Assembly (NCBI RefSeq): GCF_964355755.1
Contig: NC_092670.1
Span: 8,546,201-8,610,200 of the forward strand
Length of the DNA stretch: 64,000 nt
Origin: Antedon mediterranea
Lineage: Eukaryota > Animalia > Echinodermata
Direction of reading: 5' to 3'
Part shown: positions 36,001 through 51,200 of the stretch, piece by piece
Layout of the letters: each line of letters opens with the position of its first letter
Position numbering within the stretch: position 1 is the first letter of the stretch
Notes under the pieces: generated by a model
Seen by the model: only the letters and a program-made list of their open reading frames with translations
Database searches by the model: none
What the model was told of the DNA's origin: nothing
Made by a program: the position numbers and the translations under genes

Positions 36001-39000
36001 ACTCGATCATCAAAAGATTTTCTTTATTTTTTAGTACTGTGTAACTTATTGAACTTGTATATGACAAAAAAGGTGACGCAATGATGTCATAAGACTACCA
36101 TATTTGGGCACCGGCGGCACATCATTCAAACTTTTTTTCTCAAATTAGTTTTATAGTGTAGACAGAGCTTAAGGGGCCATTTTTGTTGAGCTTCCACCTA
36201 ACCGCGCTCTTCTGTACTGTACGGACAGACATTTATTATTATAATTTCAAAACAACATTGATATTTATTTTTTAAAGAAACTCCATCAAATGCAGTAGTG
36301 CAATTCAATGTTATGAGAGGACTGTATCAGGATTTAAAAGTCTGTTTACCTGGATTCCTAATAGGAAAAAAACACCTGTTCTAGTTACAGTATCCACAGC
36401 ACATGTATCTTTACAATGTTTTACCTTCTTCATAGTGTATCGTTGTCATGCCAACCATTGATTAGCTTGATTCAAGTAGGTACATGCATGGATAAACCTA
36501 GTTTTGCTGTTTGTTAAAGCTCTGGTTTCTTTATTCGCTTGATTAAAATCAAAGACCAATATATTATTTGTGATATAGATTTTTAATCCAACGTTATGCT
36601 TAAGTTGTTTGAAATCTATCAGTATTAATCAATAATCATTTATATTCATTAATTAATCAAACAGTTGTTCAGTGTTTTTCAATATATTGATTGTTATCAT
36701 TGTTTTCTTTTCAAAACATCCCAATGATTAATTTTCATTTGTTAAATTATGCGATAATTAATAGATATACAGAAATTTATTTAATTTCAGACATTGAGGC
36801 TGTACAAATGTTACAAAAATGTAAATTTCAATTGAATATTTGAGACGTAGTCGTACTGTACTGTATTATTGATTATTTTTCTCCCCCAGGTATTTACTTT
36901 GCTATCTGAAAACAGTATAAACACATTTTTTTTTTCAGTGAAATTTTAAAGGCCTTTTTCTTTCTTAATATTCTTGTTTATAATGTTCACTTTTTTTCTT
37001 TTTTTTATATTTTATTAATCTTATATGGAAACTGTATGATGGTAAACTACACTCAGTATACACTTTGTTGTATATATTTGTGCCTAACTTACTGTACCTG
37101 CTACTCTTTATTATTTACATTAATGATTTAGCAAACATCTGTAAAAACACTCCAATCTTATTTTATGCAGATGACACTAACCTTTTAATTTCAGATAATG
37201 TTTTAAACCGTCTATTTGATAATGTTAATTCCGATCTCTCGACTATCTCGAGTTGGTTTAAAGCAAATAAGTTATCGCTTAATGCTAATAAAACTAATTA
37301 TATGATTTTTAAGAACAGATATAGTAACCATGTTTACAATGACCTTAACATTTTCATTGATAATAATAACATCTCTCGTGTAACTAGTTGTAAATTTCTT
37401 GGTGTAATAATGGACGAATGCTTAACCTGGAATCAACATACAATCCATATTGCAAACTTAGTGTCAAAATATTCTGGTATTCTTTTTAGGCTAAAACCAA
37501 TTTTACATGTTAATGTTCTATCATCCTTATACAAGACTCTAGTCCTTCCTCATATTCAATACTGCAGCTTGATTTGGGCTGACCACAATAACTATCGCAA
37601 ACAAAAGCGCATAATGCGTTTATGCACAAATTCTCAATTCCTTGAGCATTCACCACCATTATTTGCTAGTCTTAACAACTTAACTGTGTATGATATTCAT
37701 AAGTTATCAAAAGGTGTTTTCATGTACAAATTTAAGAATAATTTATTACCAGCCAACTTTTCTAATTATTTTGTTAGAGTAAACTCAGTTCGTAATTATG
37801 GCATTAGGTCCTTTGATACTTATCGTCCTTATAATTTTGTTACCGATATGGGTAGAAACACTATCAGAGGACATGGTCCAATTTTATGGAACAGTATTAA
37901 TGCTTCTATTCGTAATTCATCATCTGTCAAAGTATTTAAAAAGTAGTATAAAAATAATTTGCTCTTAAAATGGACCTGAAATGGATTTTCGATTTTTTTC
38001 ATTTTAGAATGATGTTTTGGGGGCTATTAGGTGTTGCTAGAATGTATATTGTTACAAAATATAAATTCGCCCTTTTGGGGAAAGCCCCATTTAAAAATCA
38101 AAAAAATTCGCGGGTGACGTCACTTTGCGAATATATTCTTATCCCTCCAATGGACAATTTGCAGTTTTTTGGCTATAACTCTTGAAATCTATGGAGTATT
38201 TTCTAAAAAATGCTTGTGCTTTTGCAGAAACGTATTTAGAATTTTTTTAGATCTAAAATTATTACCGTATAAACGGTTAGTCGTCGAGTAAATGACGATT
38301 TAAAATCTCCAAATCAACGGTTTTTTCTGGCAATACCGACGTTAGCCTGGCAACGTTGTCCGGGATACAGCGCCGTGTGCAATGATGCGTATCCATATTT
38401 TTCCGTTCGTGTACTGTAATTTCTATTTGTTTGTAATTTATACTGCTAAAATGTGTTAGTTTCTTTAGTTTTTAGTTTAGCAGAATTAAATTATAGTAAT
38501 ATGAGATGGTAATTTATTTGTCACGAATCAGGCAGTTCGAAAACGAATTTGATTCATATTTTACTTTGGCTTGACAATGAGCAGCAAGTTGTTGATAATC
38601 GCTTTGGATGCACATGAAACGTGGGTGGTGGATCGACTCCGCGCGCTGGGCACCGCCTAGCCTAGGCCTAGTATTAGTAAAGGTTTGGGAGGTAGGCCTG
38701 GGCCTTCTAAATTCAGGTTTTAGAACAAACAAAGTACATTTTAGGGCACTATATTTCATTTTCAACAACATTATATATTGAATAAATTAGTATTAGTGTC
38801 AACGCTTCGCGTATCTTTCCAGGCCGTCGATCATTCACGGACTATCGGGCGGCATACGGTACACGCTCTCGATCGATATCGCTGTGTGTATATGTGACGT
38901 CGTGAATATAGATACTCCCGACGGCCGTTGAAATAGAATATTGCAATGGCGTGAGTAACTTTCGCTAATTTACCAAGGTATCTTAAAATTTCGTTTTTTC

Positions 39001-42000
39001 TCAAAATACTATACATTTTGTTTTTATTTGTATGGGCTTGTGTTAATTTGATAAATTTAAATAACATGTGTGAATTTCTTGAAAATCAAAATTCCATTTC
39101 AGGTCCATTTTAACTTATCAATGAGTGTTACAAATATGTTTACATTTACATTGTTCTTTTGCTTTTTTTGGTTTTATCGCACTATCTTTGAGTTCATATG
39201 CCAACATGTTTAGCTAGTATTGTCTCGTCCTGTGCTTCAATTATGTTTGTATCATGTATTAATTATTTTGTTAAGGTGGCCAAATACTGTACGAGCTTTG
39301 CTCTTTTTTGGTCATCCTTCCATTTTTGCATATATTCATTACACTTGTTTATATTGGAAAATAAAAACTGAAACTGAAACTGGATAAACTGACAATAGGC
39401 CTCTTTTTTTGAAGAGAGAATACAATTTCGAAAGAAAGAAATTCTGTTGCAAACTTTTATGTATGTGCCGTTTTTTTAAAAGCTTGATTACAAATTTTAC
39501 TTAAAATAATTATTTATTATACTAATAATAAATGGGTTAGTATATACTGTAGTTCAGAGTAGGCCTACAGTACTTGTGAATTTTTGACAACTTTTATTAA
39601 TTGTAGAAACTAAAAAATAAAATTAATTTTGACTGAATGACATTTTTTAATGAGTGGAATGAAAGATTTCAACCTTGACAAAATGACAAGAGAACTAGAG
39701 AAATGATAGTAGTTTAAATTAGAATACTAATTTGCGACCATGCCAATGTCATTTAAAAATTTCATTTAATTAACAAATGTACAGTACCACATAGTACAAA
39801 GTCAAATTTATATTACTGTATACTAAATTCATTTTCTTTTCCTACTTCTTCAATTGCAAATAAAATAGTATGTCATAAATTATAATAACCAAACTTGACA
39901 TACACTTAATTAAATTTAAAGAAAGTCAATTACTGAAAAAATGACAAATATGCGAGTACAGTATCAATAATTAAAAATAATATAAAGAAACTTCAAAATT
40001 ATTTTACTATCAATTAATTCCGTATTAAAAGGAAAGCCAATGAGAAATCGATTTATGTTTGTGTCCAAAGTATAAAGAATTGAATTGTCTTGGTTGTTGC
40101 TGATGTTTTGGTTGTTATGCTACATCCGTATTTGCATAAAAATTCCTTAAAAAACAGATGAATTATCAAAATATTATGAAAGTATTTGCTGTACAGTACA
40201 CAGGATACACAGCAGAAATTGAGTTGACATTAATTTCCAATTTATTTTATTGCGATTCCTTTTTCATGAGCAAAGCATGTTCATGTTTCATAGTCTATTT
40301 CGTGCCTAGCTTACCTGGATAAACCGACATTGGCCTATTCTTTCCGAGAAGAGAGCTACAACTCGAATATATATATTATTAACATTAATTGTTTGTAGTA
40401 TGATCCCGCAAGAGTTAATGTACAAATTCATAAATTGAATAGATAATTGCTTCATATAATTTGAATCATACATGGCATGGCATACACATTTATTTTGTAT
40501 TGCATAGCTTGTTGTTCGACGGGTATTATACAGTATGTTAGTATAAGTAATTAATAATAGTAGGCCTACAGTATAGTCACTGCTGTGACCTCACTGTGAA
40601 CTGATTGAAATTTATTTAAAATTATAGCTGAATTACTGAACATGGTTGCACAATATTTAGGTAGTCGCACAGAAATTGAAAAACTTCATTCAAATCTTAA
40701 AGTAATTAATGGCTATTAAAAGGGAAATTAAAAAGTGCCCCAGCTTGGAACGGATGAGCAGACAAAGTTTAGCCTGGTACTATTGATATATGAAGGTAGT
40801 AATAGTAGTATAACGTGTTGCTTGGTGTTTAATTTGTATTATACCAAATCAAACAACATAAAACTATCTCATTATATCTATTATTTATTCTAAATCTTAA
40901 AGAAGAAGGCTATGTAAACTGTGGCTGCATTGATTTTAAAAGTACCAACAGCTAGTTTGTTTTCCATCTAAAGTAATTTAAATAGCCTCAAAGCATGTCA
41001 ATTGTAAAGTTACTATTTACAGTTAGTTTAAATACCGTATCTATTACATGAATGGCAAATTGTGTGTGAAAAGCCACTATTGCAATGTGTAAATAAGTGT
41101 ACTGTAACTACTGTATGATGTGGAACAATGACACATGTATACATTACAATAGGCTACACTAACCGGCACTGTTTACTTTGACAACAGTCTCATTGGTTAT
41201 ACAGTAGAAAATTGACCACAGTATTAATTATTATTATTATAAGAACAAATAATTTAATTTACATGTAATTTCTATCACTGGATATATTAACAGTTGACAT
41301 TGACAAACATTTAAAGATAAATATGGTCAAAGACGCTAGTTATATACAGTAACTTGAACATTTTAATGCACTACAGTCTGTTTCATTAGGAAGACAGGAT
41401 TACCTCAATATCATTTAAATGATATCTGAAATAATAATTTAATAATTTAGGTATTTGTATAGCGCCAGAATCAACTAAACTGAAGTAAAAAGACACGTTT
41501 TAAGTTCTTTAAAAAAAATAGCAATAGAAGTTGATTTAGTAAAATCAAGGATATAAGTAGGTTGTTTAAGAAGTAGCGCTTTAAATGTTAGTAAAAGGAT
41601 CTTATATTTTATACAGGAGTCAATAGGTAGCCAATGGAGGTTAAATAATAGGAGATATGTGTGAGTATCTTCTTGTAAGAGTTAGGATGCGTGCATATAA
41701 TGTATGTTGCAATTATTAGAAATCTCAACTAATGGAATATTTTAGAGTTTTCATTTAGTATATTGATATCACATCAGCTGTAAAATAGTAATCTCAACTT
41801 AATGAGACATTTAAGTGTAATCATACTAGGTAGGCCAGATGTACTGCGATTAGTTTGTATTTCCATGGATACTATCATGTAAATATTAACATAACCTCCA
41901 GTGTGACATCAAAGCTCAATATATTAGATAAAGTTATGACAACATAATGTAATAAGTCATCTAGTCAAATTAGTTGCCATATCATTATAAAAATGGACAA

Positions 42001-45000
42001 GTCTCAAATTGACTAGCAGCACATTTTGATGAAAAAAAAGATATTACCTGTCAAACTGATTGATATGATATTTTCTGTAAAAATATCCAATTACTATAAA
42101 TTTGTAAATTACAACTAAAGATAGAATTTTAAAAATTAGAAATATGTACTGAGTGTAAAACCTGGAAAAATCTCAGTAACTCTAATAAATAATTCTCCAC
42201 AAAAGTTAATAATAATAATAAATTTTTAGAATTTAATTTACAAGCATGAAAACGTACTTTGATCTTGCATGTTCTTTTTAGACATTTCTGCATTAGAAAT
42301 TAAGTGTATTTATTTTGTATAACCTATTCAGTTTTATTGCTTAATAAAGTTTATCTAGACAGTATTGGCTATTCACTAGCTGTAGAGTTGTTTACTGTTG
42401 CTAGGTCACAACATCACATGGTGTATTGGTTGCTGTCACTGTATAGTGACTCAACAGCTTAAAATAACTGATTTAAATCACACTGTAATATTATTTGCTA
42501 TGTACAATACTATTACATTCATTTCTTAATACAGCAATATCTGTTTATTTTTAGGTTTTTATTTTTTGCTTTAAATATGTACCGTATTTATTTTGTTTTT
42601 TTTTTCTTTTTTTTAAATTTTATTTATATGGTGCTTTTTACAAAGCGTCTGACAAAACAAATATAAAAAATCTTAAATAAAAAATGCAATTGCAGAATAA
42701 TATTAATTCTACAGTTTTAACCTTAAAATTGATTAACAATTTACTGTAGCCATTTGGCTTTTGTTGAAGAAAGCTGTTTAAACTTTAGAAATGACAAGAA
42801 GTTCATTATTAAGATTAAATCAACATCCCATCTATCAATAATTTTCTCTATGCAGGTGACAATTATCGCGTTGTCATAGAGCTCAAATAAAAACAAATTC
42901 ACCATCAACAATAGGTGACTTTTTGTTAAACCGAAATAACGGATTTTCTTTTATAATTAATATGTTTGTAGAAAAAAAAATTTCTCGTTTATAAAACTTA
43001 AGATTTTGATATTGTGGATTGTATCACATTCGAAATTAAGTTCATATTTATTTATAATAGTGTATTGTTGTTGTCTGGACACATTGATCAGTACATATTT
43101 TTCATTTAGAAAGGTTTTTTTTCAATAGTAATGTTGATGACTGCAAGTCTAATAAAAAAAAATTTTTTTCTTATTCTTAAGTTTTTATTTTGGTTGTTTA
43201 AGTTTATTAAGACATCTGTAATAACATTAACAATCACCCAATCAACTTTTCCATACTGTGGCTTAATTCTAGAAAAGTCAACCATGATGATTTTTGAGTT
43301 AAAATAAACTGTACTGTGTGTACAGTACAGTAGATTGTATAATATTAACTGAAAAGAGTGTAGAGCATCATGATGTCCTGGTACTCTGGTTTTAGTAGGC
43401 TGCATTGTGGGTCCTTCATTACCAATTTCTGAGGAAAATTACAGTATATTTTGCCGTAACACTTCTTAAACGCATGGTGTTGATATTCCTGCTGTTCACC
43501 CTGCGACACAAAGTCCATTGCTATGTTAACAGCGATTTTCCACAAAACACAAGTATTTTTTGCACTATTTAAATCGTATTTCATTATACTAAAGTAAAAC
43601 TGTATTCATTCAGTATGTACTCTATTACCATGGAGAAATAATGATAAAAATATTAGTCTTAACTTGCTATTTCTCCATGATCTAAAAATCCTTAATGGTA
43701 TTTACCACTGTTTTGCCAGACAAGATTTGATGAACTAAATTGGTTCCAACCAATATTAAAAATGGTGTTAGAAGATTATAAATAAAACTAGATTTAATTC
43801 GTCACTATGACGAATTATAGGTTATATGCATTGATTTAAATAAAGATAATTGATTTTTAAAAGATATATTGATTGATTGATTTTCTCAGAATCTTTAATT
43901 ATTTATAATACAGTATATGATAGGACCTTGATAACGCGAATACAATAGCCGGTATCACAATCCGATCAAAGATCCATATGCCTATAAAGTCATAAACCAC
44001 ATTTGTTGTTTCATAATAATAAAGACATAAGTTACTTTTTATCTAGATTTCATTATAGATCATGTGTATAATCTATACACTAAGAAATAGATTTGAACAA
44101 ACAATACGGATAATAAAAAAAAAATCTTATTTCGTTTCCCAAGGTGAGACTCGATCTCGGTACCTTGAATGCCATAGACACGAGCACAGACCATCGAGCC
44201 ATACACAACTGACTACAAGTTGTAGAAAAATTTCTCCGTGTATTTACTGTACTATGCAGTAACCACTTTGGTGCAAATAGATTATTACATACCGCAATGA
44301 ATTATAATTTTTTACTATGATGACATCTTTAAAAATGTAAAAAAATGATGCACTGTCAAACTATATACTTTTAACTTTAATATATGAACTTCTTAAGAAA
44401 GAAAGTTAAAGTTAAGTTTGTTATTTCGGCCTCAGAAAATGTCATAATTTGTTTGATTGTCGAAATTATTTTTTTAAAATTTAATATGCAATTAATGATG
44501 ACTTAATCAACTTTTGCTCTCTTAATTTGATAATAAATCATACATATGATACATACACTTCAAGAAAATGAAATAAAAAATAGGTGTTCCCCTGCATTCT
44601 GACGATATATATTAATTTCAAAATTTAGCATATTTTCACCATTTTGTTAACTTACGTGCGTAGCCTGTCACTTTTGACGTGCTCATATGACGCAATTTCG
44701 AGTTGAAACGTGAATCAAATATGATGATATTATTAAAGAAAGATTGTAAAACAGAAATTGGGCAAAAAGAGTGCGCATTAACGTTTAACGCGCAGTGCGC
44801 GTGCAAAAATCTGCGCACTCATGGCAATTTTTTAAACGCTTAAAATTGCCTGAAACGTACTCTAATTTCATCGAAAATAAATTTTGAACATTTTAAGCGC
44901 GCGTACGCAAGCGTTATATGCGCTACGCACGTAATTGTATTGCCATATGATGAAATATGACCTGAAATTTATGAGTACCAAATTTTGTTTAATTGTGATT

Positions 45001-45191
45001 CATGCTTGTGAAGATATGATTACAAACGTGATTTCGTTAAATCTCGCGTAGAACGCGTAATTTTTGATTGCGCATCGTGAAAACATAACCACATCAATTC
45101 CTGGCCATAAGGAATATACTCTGAAAAATTGACTTAGTAAGATGAAACTGATGCCAAGATAATTCACGGACAAATAGTGCTAAGGAAAGAA

Positions 45192-45222
<31 letters not shown>

Positions 45223-48200
45223 AGAAATAAATAAAGAAATAAATAAAGATTGTGACAGAATCAAGAGGTTATATGCATATCATGCATATAACCTAATAAA
45301 CAGTTATAGAGTAGTGTAGGTTAGGCCTAGCTATTAAAACATAGACCAAGAACAATTGAAGGCTATTTTTGTCAAATGGATATACAAAGTACAATAGCAT
45401 TGTATAATATAAATCCAAAGGCAATTGACTAAAAAATTGACAATGATGTGGGTATCAATCAATAATTTGGTTCTTTGCTTTTCATTGTCCAGAATTGATT
45501 TCTATATTTGGAGAAGACTGGTAAGAGTAACAAAGACCTAAAGTCAAGAAAAATCAAGAACCATTTAGCAGTAATCAATATCATTTCATAGAATAGAGTA
45601 CAATATCTTAGATTCCAGTGTTATTTAAAATCATCTATTGTATGCTTATTGCTACTACAATACTGTGATATCTGTATTGAATTGTTTGACAATTGTACAG
45701 TAATACATACTGTAAGTTGTGTTCAAACCATCTCTAATGTATAATGTAAATTAGTGTAATGAGGCTGTTGCACAGTTCTAGGAAACTTGTCTCTTAAATT
45801 TCTTTAAAACGTTAAAAAATGATATCATAATGCCAGATTGGTTTTTTTTTCTGTTTAGAAGTTTTACTGGTTAAATCCTGAAATCATGTAAATTCTGTTT
45901 TCATTTTTCTCATACTACTAAATAGTGTAACTCTAATTAAATATAGTGTACTGATTTGAAGGTGGACCTAATTTTAAAAAAATATTACGTAACTAATGGT
46001 TTTGTAGCAACCTCAGCAGCAATTATCAGGCTGAGTTAAATACCTAATTTATTGCATTTTCCATTACTAAAACAATTATGTTGTCCTGTGCTTGTTACTG
46101 TAAATCTTCATGCTAATACTACACATCATTTCTGGACATGACTTTAAAGAAACATGGTATGTACAGTATGTTGCTTATTCTTATACATTATAAAATGTTA
46201 CACTATAGTATTATTTTATATTTACGTACTGCTCTAAAAAAAAAGTATCAGTTTTATTTACTTTACTTTTCATTCACGTTCACCTGTCACCATAAGGTTT
46301 AAAACAACTTTTAAATAGATAGATTTAAACTTTATTCCCAGTAGAGGAACTCATTGGCTCTATTGGCCTACAACAAGCTTTAACTTAAGATAAATATTAA
46401 AGACAGTGTCTTAGTATCTCATAATTAATTGCAATAAAAGCAAATAGTGTAGTTGAAAATACCAAAACACATAAAATTATCTACAGCATGTCATTTAATG
46501 ATAATTTTAAAATGCATGCAAGCAGAATGACACTTGTACTGTAACTACTGTATTAGTAATACTGTGTTTCCAGTATGTATTTAAATAACTATGGTAGGTT
46601 AGACATAATTTTGAATATTTTATATCTAATATTTTTTATTTAATTTTAGAAAGCATTTGCAAAGCATAAAACAAGCTTTCGTTTGAGGACGGTAATTTGA
46701 CAGACCCAGCAGAAGGCCAATAGTTATTGTCTATCATGTTTTAGCTACAGATTAGAATCTGCATTTAATATCTAATAATATTATACTATACTATTTTTGT
46801 AAATGGTTTACTTTGAGTTATTAAATCCTATTTTTCATCATCACGTTTTTAACTGAAAACAGATCTAGACACGCTCTAATGAGGTTGTGTTTGAAATTAG
46901 CATTTTGTTCCATAATGCATACAATGAGAACCTTAATGTAAAATGCCTGAAGGGGTTTAAAATCCATAAACCAATGAATATTATTTTGCAATAGATCGTG
47001 TGAGTTTTAGTAATTTAGAAAATTGTTGATGTATGCCTTTTGCAATGAACATGATTCAACTGAGAGATAAAGCTGAGTGCTAAATATGGATCAAACTGAA
47101 TCAAATAATCGTTCAAAATATTTATTGTAGGGGTTGATTCACTTGTCAATCCCACAAACTAAACAAAAGAGCGGTTGTTTTCTGTTGCTGGTCCAAGAAT
47201 CTGGCACAATTTATCAAGTTGAATTAAACATTTATTTTTAACTATCATCAATGAGGTGGGTGACAGTATAGTATGTAAAGCGCCGCTGATTATGAGCTTA
47301 TAAAAATGTGTGCTATAAATGTTATATAATAATAATACTGTGCTGTAGTATTACATTCATGCAGTAGCAAAATACTGTATATTTCCTTTCTCTATTGCAG
47401 TGTGCAAACAGCTTTGACCATGTCACTTAAACTTTACTAAATTTAAATTTAATTATTGTAAATTAGATTTTTTTAATACAAATTATTGTCAGTCTGTGAC
47501 GCCCAAGTACATATACTGAATTTTCTTTGCATGCTTTCATCGTCGTTTTTTATAGAATTTGTCTTCTCTTTCAGCCTATACAACCAGTAACGCATAGTAA
47601 GATACGAAGATCTGCCAGGATTCGACATATATCGGTGGGAACAAAAACCATATTGTAAGTATTCATATTTTAAACAATTTTTTTGTCAGTTTCTTCCTTA
47701 TAAAACAAACTTTAATAAATATTCTCAGTAAAGAAATATATTTTTCCTACATGAATAAGTCTACAGTGATGGCTTTTACTAGAAACATTCACACGTACAA
47801 TATAGGAAATTTAGTACTTATATATTTTTTTCTTCCTCTTTTTTTTTTAGTGTTTATAGAAATGGCGACGACAAAGAGCTGCCTATGCGATTGCTTCTTC
47901 GTTATAGGTCTTTACAAAACTTTGAGACTGTATTGACAGAGATAAATGTAAAAGTCAACTTGTTAAATGGAGTTGCTATAAGGAGGTATGAGAGTCAAAA
48001 ATGGTATTCTGCATTTGAGGGAATTGACAAATCCTCTATAAGCCCACAATGTTTGCAGCCCTAAATTTTTTGCTTTTCTTTTATTTTTTATTCCAACTAT
48101 TTTGTGACCTGTTTGATTTTCATGCCGACAGGAGATGCCCTTAATTTTTTTTTTACTGTTCAATTGTGAAATTCACAAAAATGTAGGCCTTGAAAAATGT

Positions 48201-51200
48201 TAGGCTTTACATTAAAATACTATTACAGTTACAATAGATAAGCAGACAAACTGTACAATTATTATCTGCTTGATCCAAGTTGATTATTCCTATCATGTGT
48301 TCATACATAGGCTGTACAAAATGAATGGTGAACGAGTTTTAGATTGTTCTCAAATTGATTCAGACGGTAAATATGTAGCTGCAGGGACTGAACGCTTCAA
48401 GAAGGTTGCATATGGCCAATGGGAACCATCCACCATGCTGTCACCTAGACATGTTAAGAAGTAAGTGATCCAGGCTGCTACAGTCTTAAATGCTGGGTGT
48501 TTGTTTGATAAGCTTCACTGCCTATGGATACATCTTGAACGTATCGAACTCTAACTTTATAATGTCGATATGTCGAAAAGATTTTCAAGTTCTCACCAAA
48601 GAACATTTTTTTTAAACACGTTCTAATATTCTTAGATGTACTTTACAAATCATTCTAAAATATCCCAATTATATTATCCCAAAAAGACATTTTAAATGTT
48701 AAATAAGAAATATATTTTGATCTTTTTAAATATGTTGGCAACAAAATAGATGCCGTTCAAGTAAAGAAATACCACCATGGATTGTAGCTAATGAAATATT
48801 ATTCAAGGCAATGTCAACTGATAAATTTATGCTCATTTTTTAAATATATTTTCAGACCTTTGCCACCTATCAAAGCCAGGCCTCCACCACGAAAGGTAAT
48901 TATTGTGAATGCTTGTGTGACAGGACTAGTGGGATACAGTTGTATTTCGTTGGCTATGCAACAGTATAAAATAATTTTTTATGAGTGAAATGGATACAAT
49001 ATTTCTATAAGTTCAAATATCTTTCAATGCACTAGGGCTAGAAATGCATATAACAATGAATGAGGTTGAGGAATAGATAGTGGATGATAATATCTATGTG
49101 ACTCACAACGTTTTGGCAAAATTTTGTAATGTACCTATTATTGTGAGAATGGCAAGTTTTCCACTCAGAATCATCTGTTACACTATTTGTCTTGGGTAGA
49201 CATTGCATGCACTCTAATTGTATTCATGACTCTCTTTTGGTAGCTTCGTTTATTCAGAATAGTGTACTTATGTTTTTATTTTTACTCTATCACAGCAAGC
49301 AGTATAAATTGAACACTATAAAATATGTAAAAAAAATGCTATTGATTAGTTACATACAACCAACTAATGAAAATTATTTAAAATACAATATTAGTTGCTT
49401 TAGTAACAAGGAGTAAAACAATATTTTTAATCAAATTAAGCGTATACTTAATTGCACTTACAGTGCGCTTGTATTGTCGTACATAATTATTATATTTTGT
49501 AGGAAAAAATGACAAAGTACACAATGTCAAATATGTTATTGCTTGGCGTATAGCCAAGGACTCTTAACTCATATCAATTGCCATGGATTTCTACAAGAAC
49601 AGAACATTATTATATTATGTTGTATTGGATACCTTAACAAATAATATTTTAAAGCACTACATTATTTGAGTATTATGATGATTGCATAATATTTATTTTT
49701 ATGTTTATCTGGGGTTTTAAAGGCAAGCTAGCGCTAGGCAACAATCGATGTATAGTATTAGTATTGTTAAATAAGTTCATTTGGATCTGATAATATTATA
49801 GTATTAGTAGCTCATAGATATTATCGATAAAAACTGTTTGATATTATGTTTTTTGCACAGTTATAAAAATGATTATGCACGCCTCATATTTAAAAGTAAA
49901 CCTTAGGAAGCAAACAAAATGGAATATATTATAAGTAGTTTATTGAAATGACAGATCTTGTGTTGAACTATTTAAATACAGTTTTTATTTCTATGATTTT
50001 TCTTATTCAATAATGTATAGCCTTGTTATTCATTGCCTATCGACGAAAGTAAGAGTAGTGATTTTACAGTGGAAATAGATTGTATGTAGTTTAACGTAGT
50101 CAAAAATTAATATCAAGGATGAAAACAATTATGCATTTGCTTGCTTTTGATTTTTTCAGTCTTCCCCTCCTGCAAAGCCCAAGCCTGCAACAGTTCGGAA
50201 ACAAAAGACCGAAAAAAAGAAGAAACGACCTGAAAAGTCAGCAGAGCAGAAAGAAGCAGAAAGTGTATTCCATCACAAGCCAACAACAGTGAAAAGAAGT
50301 AGAGAGAAGGAGCATCCTAATTATGATGCTGATGGTATTCAACTTTATTAATCATATTTGCAACTATTTTCGTATCTTTAATAGTTGAAGGCTAGATAAG
50401 CAATTTCAATAGAAACGAAGCTGAAAATCATCCAACTGATGAATGTTCAACACTGTGGCTGCTGCAAATATTTAGCCTATGCGAATCTACCACAATGCCG
50501 GGCGGCTTTGCACAAATCACATGATCACAGCACATTCTAAAGCAATCCTTGTATAGTGATTTAACAGCTATGAACGCTTCTGTTTCTGAACCCAGTCATT
50601 AAAAGACCAAACTTGCTAGTTTTATTATACAGCACATGATTGTATATTTATTATAGTAATTAATTAGCTCAATTAGATAATTGTAGATTTACATTGAAAC
50701 TAAATATAAATATTAGCCTAGCATACCGAACTTTTACCGAAATGTTTTGCCCAATTAGCCTTTCATACAATTGAAGTCGAAACAGTGTAAATGTTGAGAG
50801 CAGTGTAAAGGTATTTTTTTCCATTAGAACATGCAAGTATGCAAAAGAAATGTCAGAGCTAAAATAAAATAAATATGATTTTACTGTGATGACAACTCAA
50901 TTGTCAACAGTCTGTTTTGTAGAAATGTTGACAAGTTGCAGGTGACAAACTATTTGATCTCCATTGTATTTTTAGAAATGAATGTCTGATTGACTAATAC
51001 AGTTGATATATTGTATGTCATCAGAATGACACTGCTCGTAACCCAAGACAAAGTCTTTACTATATTATAATCTTACCTAAATCGTTTATGATATTTACAA
51101 TATTGTTTACTCTATATCTCTGTTTATTGTGTTGTTTATTTTTTTTTTAATAATTAGTTAAAAACAAAAGAAGATAATATTTATAACAGATTTGTGTTCG

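Noticed and set aside
43629-43679. catggagaaata...tatttctccatg hairpin as a fourth P-type footprint
   Set aside because: It has 12-bp arms with a CATGGAG start but no 7-bp flanking duplication. It may be an old scar but cannot be supported.
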